A stretch of DNA of 30,796 nt from a virus (lineage: Duplodnaviria > Caudoviricetes): the IMG/VR virus record IMGVR_UViG_3300016476_001223, positions 1 to 30,796 of that record. One strand, 5' to 3'. This document shows, in pieces, positions 16,075 through 24,247 of this stretch. Below the pieces are notes generated by a model. It had not been told where the DNA came from. It saw nothing but the letters and a program-made list of their open reading frames with translations, and did not search any database. Position numbers and translations under genes: made by a program. Position 1 is the first letter of the stretch. Each line of letters begins with the position of its first letter.

Positions 16075-16443
16075 TTAGTCTCTAACTCTTTCTAGTGCTT
16101 TTGAGAAAGGGTTGTATTGTCTTTGAACTGTTCTTAGATAGATACCTTCATCTAGAGTAATTGGCCCGTGTTCTTCGTGCATGATTACAGCTGTTCCTTT
16201 TACTTCGAAGAAAATATTTTCTCTTTCTACCAGGTCACGAATTTCTGTAGAGTCGTATCCAGCTACATTATGGTGTTCAATAATTGTGGAGTCGTCTAGT
16301 GCAAATATTTCATGGCTATGGCCTGTAACTTCACCAAGTCCTATAGTAAGTTTTTTTGTTTCTCTAGTTTCCATTCCAGAAACTTGATCTTTGGAGACTT
16401 TAAATATTGTCATATCTCCATGTCGTGCAATAACGTTTGTCAT
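16075..16443 (-). CDS. His-rich putative metal-binding protein (usual partner of DUF6745-like proteins)
   Basis: RHGD...GEVTGHSH...HEEHGPITL...QRQY motif set; TAnnTTTG promoter at 16466-16473(-). Confidence 0.75.
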   Translation of the reverse strand: MTNVIARHGDMTIFKVSKDQVSGMETRETKKLTIGLGEVTGHSHEIFALDDSTIIEHHNVAGYDSTEIRDLVERENIFFEVKGTAVIMHEEHGPITLDEGIYLRTVQRQYNPFSKALERVRD

Positions 16444-16492
16444 AATTGGTTGTTTTATGTATTTACAAATATAAGTTTTTTTTTAAAAAGTA

Positions 16493-17203
16493 TCAAGCCT
16501 CTGCTTGAAGTTTTAGGTATTCTTCTTTTGTTAAGCAGGATCCATTATCTTTAACCATTGTCCAGGCAACAGCTCCAATTGCATCTTGGCATTGTGGTTC
16601 TTCTGAGTCAACGAAAATAAAGTAATGATTATGTGTTGAGGGACATTCAACTTCTAGAACATATATTGGATTTTCCAATCCAGAGTTTTGTCCGAATTGT
16701 TTTTCATTTACTACATGTAGTGTATAAGTATCATTATATGTTACTTCTTTTGTTTCAAATAATTCAGAAGCTACAGAGGGAGAGTTTTGTCTCTTTGTTG
16801 TTTCGAAGTTAATTGAAGAATTATCTTTAAGGAAAGTTCTCTTTTGAGTTTTTGTAATTGTTTGTTGATCTTTAATAGTTGAGTTAAGTGCTTTGAAAGT
16901 TGCTTCTGGTCCCATAATAGATAATACAGTCATTAGCTGTTGAGCATTTGACGAAAATTTTTTGAGGGCTTGAATTGCTGAGATTGGTTTAACAGTTTCC
17001 CAGGCTTCAATTATATCTGGCTCAGGAGATGTATATTCAGGCATTTCAAGAGCTCTTGTTTGGAATAGATGTTCTTCTAGGGAGAAGTCTCTTTGATGTT
17101 TACGTATTGATACATATTCCTTGAGATTAATTTCAAACTTAACTCCTTTAATAAAGAACGTTCTAAATGCTTTAATTGGCGTTGGTAATTTTGTATTTGA
17201 CAT
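16493..17203 (-). CDS. DUF6745-like protein
   Basis: C-terminal VECPST-x-YFIFV...AIGAVAWT motif; ECF-type promoter at 17223-17248. Confidence 0.6.
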   Translation of the reverse strand: MSNTKLPTPIKAFRTFFIKGVKFEINLKEYVSIRKHQRDFSLEEHLFQTRALEMPEYTSPEPDIIEAWETVKPISAIQALKKFSSNAQQLMTVLSIMGPEATFKALNSTIKDQQTITKTQKRTFLKDNSSINFETTKRQNSPSVASELFETKEVTYNDTYTLHVVNEKQFGQNSGLENPIYVLEVECPSTHNHYFIFVDSEEPQCQDAIGAVAWTMVKDNGSCLTKEEYLKLQAEA

Positions 17204-17257
17204 AATTTATTTTTTTTATTATTACGAATTTAATTAAAAAAAGTTACAAATATTATT

Positions 17258-17821
17258 TTAATTGAACTTATATGCTCTATCTTTAATGAAGTATATTCCT
17301 TTCTGAATTATATATTCTTCATCTGTAAAATATCCTTTGCTAATATTTAATTGGTTTTCATTTTTAATTCCCAAAACAATTGAGTTATCCAGGTTAACAG
17401 TTTCTTTTGTTTTGATATAGTATATAATGGATGAACCTCTTTCTGCCAGGAGTGAGCTGGTTGATATTATTATATTTTCGTTTGTAATAAAAACTATTTT
17501 ATTTATTTGATCATCTGAAAGGTCTATGTATATACCGTTTTGTGAGGGGACAACTTTTTTGTTTGTTGTGTTAATGGGGAGAGTTTTAATATCTAGTTTA
17601 AATGGTTCGCTTATTGGCGTTTTAAAGTTTTCATCTTTGAGGGATGAGGTATTTATTACTTCTTGTGGAATTTTTATGTTTAAATTCTTTTGAATCCAAT
17701 CAGCTGTATTTAAATAGGAATTGTTTATATGTTTTTTTTCCTGGTTCTGTTTTTTGTTTAGGGATGAAGCTATTATTATAATAGACAGGGAGAGTAATAA
17801 ATAAAGATGTATATTTTTCAT
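17258..17821 (-). CDS. membrane-anchored or secreted hypothetical protein
   Basis: Hydrophobic N-terminal helix; ECF-type promoter at 17831-17856. Confidence 0.65.
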   Translation of the reverse strand: MKNIHLYLLLSLSIIIIASSLNKKQNQEKKHINNSYLNTADWIQKNLNIKIPQEVINTSSLKDENFKTPISEPFKLDIKTLPINTTNKKVVPSQNGIYIDLSDDQINKIVFITNENIIISTSSLLAERGSSIIYYIKTKETVNLDNSIVLGIKNENQLNISKGYFTDEEYIIQKGIYFIKDRAYKFN

Positions 17822-17908
17822 ATGGTATAATACGATTAAGAATAAAAAAAGTTACAAATAAAAATGAGGGAGACTTTTGCCTCCCCCAAAAAAGTTATTT
17901 ATTTTTTT

Positions 17909-18859
17909 TTACATTGCAAGTAGTAATTCTGTTGCTTTGGTTGCAATGTTTGCTGAGGCACCGCCTAGAACATTGTCAAACTTTGTTGAGTCATTACGGT
18001 AATTTTTTACATGGTCTAAGTAAAAAGTAATTCCGTTAATTGCTCCCCAAGCAGTTCCAACAATTTTCTCTTGGCCAACGCCAGCGAAGTAGCATTCTAA
18101 TACAGCATCCTCAATATTTTTAATTCGAGTGCTGTCACGCTCTTGTTCATTAAACAAGTTGCGAATTAGTTCTTTAACAGAATCATCAGAAACATATTTC
18201 TTAGACAAGAAGTTAAAGCACTCATTTGCTTCAGCAACAAACGCCTTAGAAATACCTAGCACGTTGTGTGCATCAGCCAAGCGTTGTTTAACCATAGAGC
18301 TATGTCTAATTGAAACACGGTTTATTGTATTTCCAAGTGCCATATTGAGGGTGTTTTGACAAACCACACGAATAGGTGTTACAGCTGCAATAATGGAACC
18401 TGAGCCATCATGTGAAGAAGTTAGGAGAACGTACACTTCTGTTAGGTCATCTGTACCCGCAATACGAATTGTATCTGGCATTTTGGCTGTGACAAAAATC
18501 TTTTCGCCAATCCCCAATACTCCTGCGGTTTCATAAATTGCAGAGCCTGTCTCTGTAATTGTGTCAAAAAATTCAAACGCTTCTAGGTTCTGAACTATGG
18601 TATAGTTCTTTCCAATACGGTCTCCTAGAATTTGTCCTGTGTCAGTTCTGAGGGTTGAGAACGAAGCCGGGGTATCCAAGAACTCGCCGTTATAAAAGGC
18701 GTAGTTTGGAACTTTAACCACGTCATAATCTAGACGAGCCAATTCAATTGCCTCTTTTGCTGTCATAGCACCATTAACAATTTGACCAAGTCCGTGCCAT
18801 GCTGTTTGAGTGCTAGCGAATGAAGCAACTCCGTTTCTAATCTCTAAGTTGTGAGCCAT
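17909..18859 (-). CDS. DUF932-family phage/plasmid protein
   Basis: MAH...AWHGLG...YTIVQN.EAF.FFD...ETAG.L..G...SHDGSGS...TPIRVVCQNTL...GTAWGAINGIT. Confidence 0.9.
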   Translation of the reverse strand: MAHNLEIRNGVASFASTQTAWHGLGQIVNGAMTAKEAIELARLDYDVVKVPNYAFYNGEFLDTPASFSTLRTDTGQILGDRIGKNYTIVQNLEAFEFFDTITETGSAIYETAGVLGIGEKIFVTAKMPDTIRIAGTDDLTEVYVLLTSSHDGSGSIIAAVTPIRVVCQNTLNMALGNTINRVSIRHSSMVKQRLADAHNVLGISKAFVAEANECFNFLSKKYVSDDSVKELIRNLFNEQERDSTRIKNIEDAVLECYFAGVGQEKIVGTAWGAINGITFYLDHVKNYRNDSTKFDNVLGGASANIATKATELLLAM

Positions 18860-18890
18860 AGTTTTAAAATTTAATGATTTATAATGTTAA

Positions 18891-18926
18891 TACGATGATA
18901 TAGAAAAAAAGTCACAAGAAACTTAA
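18891..18926 (-). promoter_or_regulatory. interleaved ECF-type promoter and TTAAGT-N16-TCTATA motif
   Basis: TGTGAC-N16-CGTA (18891-18916) overlaps the second motif (18899-18926); same nesting at 21830, 24218 and 29089. Confidence 0.7.
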
Positions 18927-19136
18927 ATTAATTTTTATTTTTTTTTCTGTGCTGTTAATCGCTATCAACATTTATATAGAAAACTATGGGGGATAAACTT
19001 AAAAAAAAGTAAATAAATTTTTTTAAAAAAGTTTTTAAGTTTTGGTTTTATTTTTTTCTATAGGTTGGCTTTTGGTTGGGGGTACAAAAAAAGGTATCGC
19101 AAAATACGATACCCTCAAAAAACTTTTAATTAGATA

Positions 19137-19592
19137 TTAACTAAAATATAAATCAGCTTCTGACTGGCGTCTTCTTGTTAGGCCGGCCAAAGCTCTTCCC
19201 CCGGCTTTGTTCCACTTCATAAACTCTTGTCTAATTGTTTCATCATTAGGGTTTGCATTTACTTTTTTCAATAGTGTGCTGCTTTTCAAGTTTGCAGGTC
19301 CTAAGTTATAGCAGAAACTAGTAAGTGCGTCAAATTGATTCTGATTAACATCATCTCTACAATATGAGTCAACGTATTGTTCGAACTTTGAAAGTGTGTG
19401 CATTAAAAGCTGTGTAGCTCTTTCTTCTGTAATTGCAGGATCTTTCATTGTCACTTTTTTTCCATCTTCATAGAAAGTGGCACCATATCCTATGGTTGGA
19501 ATTTTTGCTGGGCACAAATATGGTTTTAATCTAATACCCTCAAAAGATTTAATTACTTCTAATCCTTTTGATCCGATTTTTGTTATTTTCAT
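19137..19592 (-). CDS. GH24 phage lysozyme (endolysin-like)
   Basis: FEG.RLKPYLCPAKIPTIGYGAT, NQNQFDALTSFCYNLG, SSTLLKKVN, GLTRRRQSEA. Confidence 0.95.
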   Translation of the reverse strand: MKITKIGSKGLEVIKSFEGIRLKPYLCPAKIPTIGYGATFYEDGKKVTMKDPAITEERATQLLMHTLSKFEQYVDSYCRDDVNQNQFDALTSFCYNLGPANLKSSTLLKKVNANPNDETIRQEFMKWNKAGGRALAGLTRRRQSEADLYFS

Positions 19593-19765
19593 ATCATATT
19601 ATTTTATAAAAATAAATATATATGAATTTAAGTTTTTGATGTTTTTTTTTCTATAGGTTGGCTTTTGGGGATGAGGTTTGGGGGAAATAAAAAAAAGTGA
19701 CCAGGTTATCTGATCACTCTTTTACTTTAACGAAAGAAAGGAGGAGTTATTTCGTCAAGTCTGTG

Positions 19766-19847
19766 TACTTTGGGAGGGACTCGAACCCTCACACCTTGCG
19801 GCACTGCGCCCTTAACGCAGCATGTCTACCAATTCCATCACCAAAGC
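19766..19847 (-). tRNA. tRNA-Leu(AAG)
   Basis: Acceptor GCTTTGG/CCAAAGT-A; anticodon arm CTGCG-TTAAGGG-CGCAG; long variable arm with GCAA loop; T-loop TTCGAGT. Confidence 0.9.
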
Positions 19848-19853
19848 GTAATG

Positions 19854-19927
19854 TGGTCCAGGAGGGACTCGAACCCCCGACCTCAAAATTATGAGTTTTT
19901 TGCTCTAACCAGCTGAGCTACAAGACC
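19854..19927 (-). tRNA. tRNA with CAT anticodon, probably Ile2 (lysidine-type)
   Basis: GGTCTTGTAGCTCAGCTGGTTAGAGC...CTCATAA...GGTTCGAGTCC; discriminator A; a few stem mismatches. Confidence 0.85.
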
Positions 19928-20010
19928 TTTGCAGTTGTATTAAATTAGGTAGAGGATATCATAACTTAACCCAATTTTATATAGCGACAACCAACGCTTT
20001 ATCTTTTGAA

Positions 20011-20610
20011 TTAATTTTTATAATTCTTTAAATATCTTTCCTTCCTTGAAGAGTTTTTATTTTTTGATTTATAAGTATCTAATTGAGAATCACAATTATG
20101 ACAAATTAGTCTTAAATTTTCTCTTTTGTTATTTACTGCATCACCATCAATATGATCTAAAATAAAAATTAATTCTTTATTATTCCAAATATTATCAATA
20201 TTACAAATTAAACATTTACAATTTTGTTCTAATAAGATATGTTTTTTGGCAAATTTCATATCTCTATCATAACAATATTTTTCTTGGTTTTGCAAATATT
20301 CATTATATTTTTTTCTTTTTTTAAAATCATTATCACACTCTCTTGAACAAAACTTTTGACCAACCCAAGATTTATAAATGTCACTTCCACAATTCTCACA
20401 ATCAATTTTTTTACCAGTATTTTTATTGTGTGGTACGAAATCAATTTTAAATACTTTTCTTTTATCTAAAATAATTCCTAATTTATTTGCAACTTTTCTT
20501 ATGTAAGTATCACTTACACCATAAATTCTGCCAATTTCACGATAAGATAATTTTTTAATAAAAATTAGTTCGTAAAGTTCTTCTTTTTTGTATTTTTCAT
20601 TTAAGCTCAT
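20011..20610 (-). CDS. free-standing HNH endonuclease
   Basis: N-terminal HTH, CxxC...FCSREC zinc motif, LDHIDGDAVNNKRENLRLICHNC. Confidence 0.9.
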   Translation of the reverse strand: MSLNEKYKKEELYELIFIKKLSYREIGRIYGVSDTYIRKVANKLGIILDKRKVFKIDFVPHNKNTGKKIDCENCGSDIYKSWVGQKFCSRECDNDFKKRKKYNEYLQNQEKYCYDRDMKFAKKHILLEQNCKCLICNIDNIWNNKELIFILDHIDGDAVNNKRENLRLICHNCDSQLDTYKSKNKNSSRKERYLKNYKN

Positions 20611-20671
20611 AATATTTTATTATAAATAGTATGAGTTTTTTTAAACGAACCAAAAACAACAAAGAAAAAAG

Positions 20672-20744
20672 TAGTCCTATCAGGGTTCGAACCTGAACGA
20701 TTTCTTTAGAAGAGAAATATGCTATCCAATTACATCATAGAACC
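20672..20744 (-). tRNA. tRNA-Arg(TCT)
   Basis: Acceptor GGTTCTA/TAGGACT-A; anticodon arm TTTCT-CTTCTAA-AGAAA; T-arm TCAGG-TTCGAAC-CCTGA. Confidence 0.85.
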
Positions 20745-20746
20745 AA

Positions 20747-20860
20747 AAAAGAAACCAAGGAAATTGCCTAAGTGAATATTAAACCCCAATGGGATTCAAT
20801 AGGATTCGAACCTATAATAACCATTTAGAAGTAACATAGAACGTAGCCTTGGTTTCTTTT
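20747..20860 (-). ncRNA. structured RNA with closed terminal stem and internal tRNA T-arm (possibly Y-RNA/YrlA-like)
   Basis: 14-bp perfect terminal inverted repeat AAAAGAAACCAAGG/CCTTGGTTTCTTTT enclosing ATAGG-TTCGAAT-CCTAT. Confidence 0.55.
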
Positions 20861-20866
20861 AGTATT

Positions 20867-20890
20867 TTAAAGAACGTGTATGCAAATATA
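20867..20890 (-). promoter_or_regulatory. host-type promoter plus boxA-like element of the tRNA operon
   Basis: Minus strand reads TATATTTG...CGTTCTTTAA. Confidence 0.65.
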
Positions 20891-20944
20891 GTAAAATTAA
20901 ATATTATAAAAAACTTTTTTTCATTTTTATTTTTTTTTGGGGGC

Positions 20945-21808
20945 TTAAATATTTTTCAGCCCCTCAACCAATTTAGTTATATCAGAACCATAAGGTATGG
21001 TAACTTTTGAGTTATTGAAGACAACTTTACCATTGCTTTCTTCGTATGCTCCAATTTTCAACACAATACCATTCTTATATGTAAGTGTGAATTCGCATTC
21101 ATTAATTTTAATTTGAACACCTTCATTTTCTAAGTGGCCGAATTTATTTTGGAACTCTGTTTCAATTCTTTGCTGTCTCAATTTCATTGAATTTTTATAT
21201 TCAATTTCATAGAAAGCATTTTGAGCCAATTCAGCAAGTTTATTAACTACGGTTTGAGGTTTTGTCATTTGCCCTTTTTTCTCCCAAGAATTAATTCCTG
21301 TGCCTTGAATTTGCATTTTATAACCAATAATATGGTGTCTATACTTTGAGTATTGTGGAACTGCAATGACGTGAAATGAATGTCCTTCAGGCACATTTCC
21401 TATGTATGAAATTCTTATATCGTATGAGTATGAATTAAGAGTAATTTTTTCTTTAGGTTTTAAAGAGCGTATTGCAACTCCTTCTTTATCATATTCATAT
21501 CTAATCTGAAATCCATTTTCATCAAGTTCAAATAATTCAATAATTTTTTTGTTTATTATTTTCTTGCAATCTAATTTGAACACTGGAGAAATGGCAGTCA
21601 AACTATTAAAGAAATCCTCATATACTTTCTTTTTGTTTTCTTGTTCTTTTTGAGTTTGTACAATTCTTTCTTCTTCTTGTTTAATTGCATTTGCTTTGTA
21701 GTGGTCATAAGACTTTAATAGAGCTTCTTGAGCCGCTTTTTCTTCTGCTCTCTTGTTTTCAATTAACTCTAATTCTTCTGCTGTCAACTTAACTGTGTGT
21801 GTCGCCAT
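20945..21808 (-). CDS. hypothetical protein with N-terminal coiled coil
   Basis: 287-aa ORF; nested promoter motifs at 21830-21863. Confidence 0.8.
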   Translation of the reverse strand: MATHTVKLTAEELELIENKRAEEKAAQEALLKSYDHYKANAIKQEEERIVQTQKEQENKKKVYEDFFNSLTAISPVFKLDCKKIINKKIIELFELDENGFQIRYEYDKEGVAIRSLKPKEKITLNSYSYDIRISYIGNVPEGHSFHVIAVPQYSKYRHHIIGYKMQIQGTGINSWEKKGQMTKPQTVVNKLAELAQNAFYEIEYKNSMKLRQQRIETEFQNKFGHLENEGVQIKINECEFTLTYKNGIVLKIGAYEESNGKVVFNNSKVTIPYGSDITKLVEGLKNI

Positions 21809-21876
21809 TTTATCAGGTTTTAATGTTTATACGATTATAGAAATATTTTGTTACAAAACTTAAAAAAAATAAAATA

Positions 21877-21975
21877 AAAAACCCAAGATTGGCAGGTCTT
21901 GGGTTATATAAGTATTTCGACTTATATCAGAGATTCAACAATAAAACAAACAACAAAAAAAATCTCTGTAACTAC
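21877..21975 (-). ncRNA. putative small RNA
   Basis: ECF-type promoter at 21985-22010, two hairpins and a terminator (AACCCAAGA/TCTTGGGTT plus U-tract), with no ORF seen. Confidence 0.5.
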
Positions 21976-22012
21976 ATTATATTATACGACTGAGATTAAA
22001 AAAAGTTACAAA

Positions 22013-22711
22013 TTAATTATCTTTTTTTTCTGAACCTGGATTTCCTTTCTTTTTATTATTTTCTTTTTCTGAAATTTTATCTCTAATAGAAGCAGCCCAC
22101 AACCAATCTTCAGAGTCTACAGCTAGTTTTAATTCACTTTTAAGTTCTCTTAAGCTCAATGAGTTTAGCATTTCTTGTTTGGTCATTTTTTTTCCTTTAA
22201 ATTCCTGGTGTGAATTTAACATCTTATCAAGCATCTGTTTTCTGATTTCGTTCATTTCTTCCATGTTTTTAAAATCTCCAGAGAAAATTGGATTATCAGG
22301 ATCATCTGCATTATAAATCGATATAGATCCAGACACATCATCGTCTGACATACCTGGTGTTCTTTTGAATAAATTTTTGAGGGTTTCCTGGAAATTTACA
22401 CCAGTTGGTTTTGGTTCATTATTTAATTTGGTTTTCAATAAATGTAAAACTCCTTTAGCGATTGTTTTATTTTGATCTTTTATTTCGCTAACCAGGTTTA
22501 ATATTCCTATAGAGAATAATATTAAAATTCCGCTGGTAAAATATAATAAATCAATGGATTGTAAATTATATTTTGTAAATAGAGCTAAAATCATTTTGTA
22601 TGATCCTAAAACCACAAAAGAAACGGATAGCACGATTAGCACTAACCCTAAAAAAGATAAAAAGAAATTATTGTTTTTTTCTTTTTTTTTAACATTAAAA
22701 TCAAGACTCAT
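22013..22711 (-). CDS. two-TM membrane protein with C-terminal UvrB/UvrC (UVR)-like motif
   Basis: Two hydrophobic helices; ELKLAVDSEDWLWAASIRDKI. Confidence 0.7.
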   Translation of the reverse strand: MSLDFNVKKKEKNNNFFLSFLGLVLIVLSVSFVVLGSYKMILALFTKYNLQSIDLLYFTSGILILFSIGILNLVSEIKDQNKTIAKGVLHLLKTKLNNEPKPTGVNFQETLKNLFKRTPGMSDDDVSGSISIYNADDPDNPIFSGDFKNMEEMNEIRKQMLDKMLNSHQEFKGKKMTKQEMLNSLSLRELKSELKLAVDSEDWLWAASIRDKISEKENNKKKGNPGSEKKDN

Positions 22712-22769
22712 CTATATAGAAAATTACTTTAGGTACAAACTTAATATTTTTTTTTTACAAACCAAAGTA

Positions 22770-23027
22770 TTATTCTATTTCATCTTGCATTTTATTGTAT
22801 AAATCTTGAATTTCTGATTTAATATCTTCTGTGTCCTGGTCTAAATCAGCAGCTTCATCCACATAAAACATTAATTCACTTGTAATTTCTAATATCTCAT
22901 ATTCGTCCTGAGCATGTGATATTTCTTGATAAAAAGATTCTAGTGCACCATTCAAGTTATGATCTTCTAGCTGGTAGCATAAATCCATAATTTCATCAAA
23001 TAACGCCTTAGCTTCTTTAAGAGTCAT
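22770..23027 (-). CDS. highly acidic small protein
   Basis: 85-aa D/E-rich, probably helical ORF. Confidence 0.7.
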   Translation of the reverse strand: MTLKEAKALFDEIMDLCYQLEDHNLNGALESFYQEISHAQDEYEILEITSELMFYVDEAADLDQDTEDIKSEIQDLYNKMQDEIE

Positions 23028-23062
23028 CTTTTTTAAATTTCTCTTAAATAGAACATAAAAAC

Positions 23063-23089
23063 AAAAAACCCAATCTTTTGAATTGGGTT
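23063..23089 (-). terminator. intrinsic terminator
   Basis: AACCCAAT/ATTGGGTT stem with a U-tract on the minus strand, after ORF 23101. Confidence 0.6.
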
Positions 23090-23100
23090 ATTAATTTTTT

Positions 23101-23559
23101 TTATAAATCCTTGTACTCTTCACAGAGTTTTAAAATCTTATTGACATTATCTGCTCCGAACTCATATATAAGTTTTTGTTTGAACTTTTCTTTGGGGGTA
23201 TATTCTCTGGCCTCTTCTAATTTGTGAATGTTAACAGCCTGAAAGTCTATGTCATCACAATCGTTCTCATCAATAAATCCCCCAAACTCTTCTAAGAAGT
23301 GCATCATAATCCCAACACTATCACCCCAGCATCCTAGGCTTAAAAGTATTCCGTTAATTCCGTAATCTCTTTCAGCCAATGTCGGATCTGTAAAGACTGC
23401 TAATGTTCTATTCTTTTCTCCTTCTTTGAATCTGAAATAGAAGAAATCTTCATCGTAAGTATTTTCAATTATAATAGGTCCAAGTTTTTTTTCTGCGTGC
23501 GCTTTTAACTCTTCTAAGGTTACTCCTTTTCGAATCACTGCCTTTGTATCAATTCCCAT
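23101..23559 (-). CDS. hypothetical protein
   Basis: 152-aa ORF directly downstream of the sigma factor gene. Confidence 0.75.
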   Translation of the reverse strand: MGIDTKAVIRKGVTLEELKAHAEKKLGPIIIENTYDEDFFYFRFKEGEKNRTLAVFTDPTLAERDYGINGILLSLGCWGDSVGIMMHFLEEFGGFIDENDCDDIDFQAVNIHKLEEAREYTPKEKFKQKLIYEFGADNVNKILKLCEEYKDL

Positions 23560-23560
23560 A

Positions 23561-24196
23561 CTAAAATCCTCCTTTAGTTAAAATATCTTTCAAGTGTTTT
23601 TTTGCTCTGTGTAAAAAAGCTTTTACATCACTTTGAGGAATACCCATTTCGCTTGAAATTTCAGAATAACTTTTGTCGCCAAAATAATAAAGAACAAGAG
23701 CTTGTCTTTGTTTTTCATTTTTTATTTTTTCAACAGCTAAGAATAACAATTTATATTCTTCTGCTTTAATCATTGAATTCATAGAGTTGTTTAGCAAGTT
23801 TTTGTCTTCTACTTGAAACTCAATAAATTCATCTCCATTATTTGTTGTAAAACCTAAACTATCTAAACTCACTTCTGAATTACTTTTTTTCTTTCTGAAA
23901 TCCAAAAGAGTATTGTTTGCAATTTTGTAAATCCAACTTGAAATTGTTCCCTCATCTGACGAGTAAGAATCGAATTTTAAATGAACTTTTGTAAATACGT
24001 CCATTAATAAATCTTTCGCCACTTCTTCGTTGTAATTAAGCTTTTTATTTAAAAAGTTAAAAACTTTACTTTTATATTCTTTGAACAACAATGAGAAACC
24101 CTCATCTTTTTTTATTTGTGAATTGCAGTTAATCAACTCTAAAACTCTACTCTCTACATTCATCTCCTTCGCCGCTTTCATTTGTGTCTGTCTCAT
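23561..24196 (-). CDS. ECF-family sigma-70 factor
   Basis: Region 2 AKDLLMDVFTKV...SWIYKIANNTLLDF; region 4 QRQALVLYY..KSYSEISSEMGIPQSDVKAFLHRAK; own ECF-type promoter at 24218-24243. Confidence 0.92.
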   Translation of the reverse strand: MRQTQMKAAKEMNVESRVLELINCNSQIKKDEGFSLLFKEYKSKVFNFLNKKLNYNEEVAKDLLMDVFTKVHLKFDSYSSDEGTISSWIYKIANNTLLDFRKKKSNSEVSLDSLGFTTNNGDEFIEFQVEDKNLLNNSMNSMIKAEEYKLLFLAVEKIKNEKQRQALVLYYFGDKSYSEISSEMGIPQSDVKAFLHRAKKHLKDILTKGGF

Positions 24197-24247
24197 TATG
24201 TGTTAAAATTATTATTATACGTTTATAGAATAAAAAAGTTACAAAAC

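Noticed and set aside
19931-19997. Imperfect long hairpin between the HNH gene and the CAT tRNA
   Set aside because: Pairing is AT-rich and interrupted; not enough to call an RNA gene.
12521-24196. Cas12f plus ECF sigma as an RNA-guided transcription (dCas12f-sigmaE) system
   Set aside because: The RuvC triad is intact, the genes are ~10 kb apart on opposite strands, and the sigma has its own conventional -35/-10 motif set. A physical link cannot be excluded but nothing here supports it.
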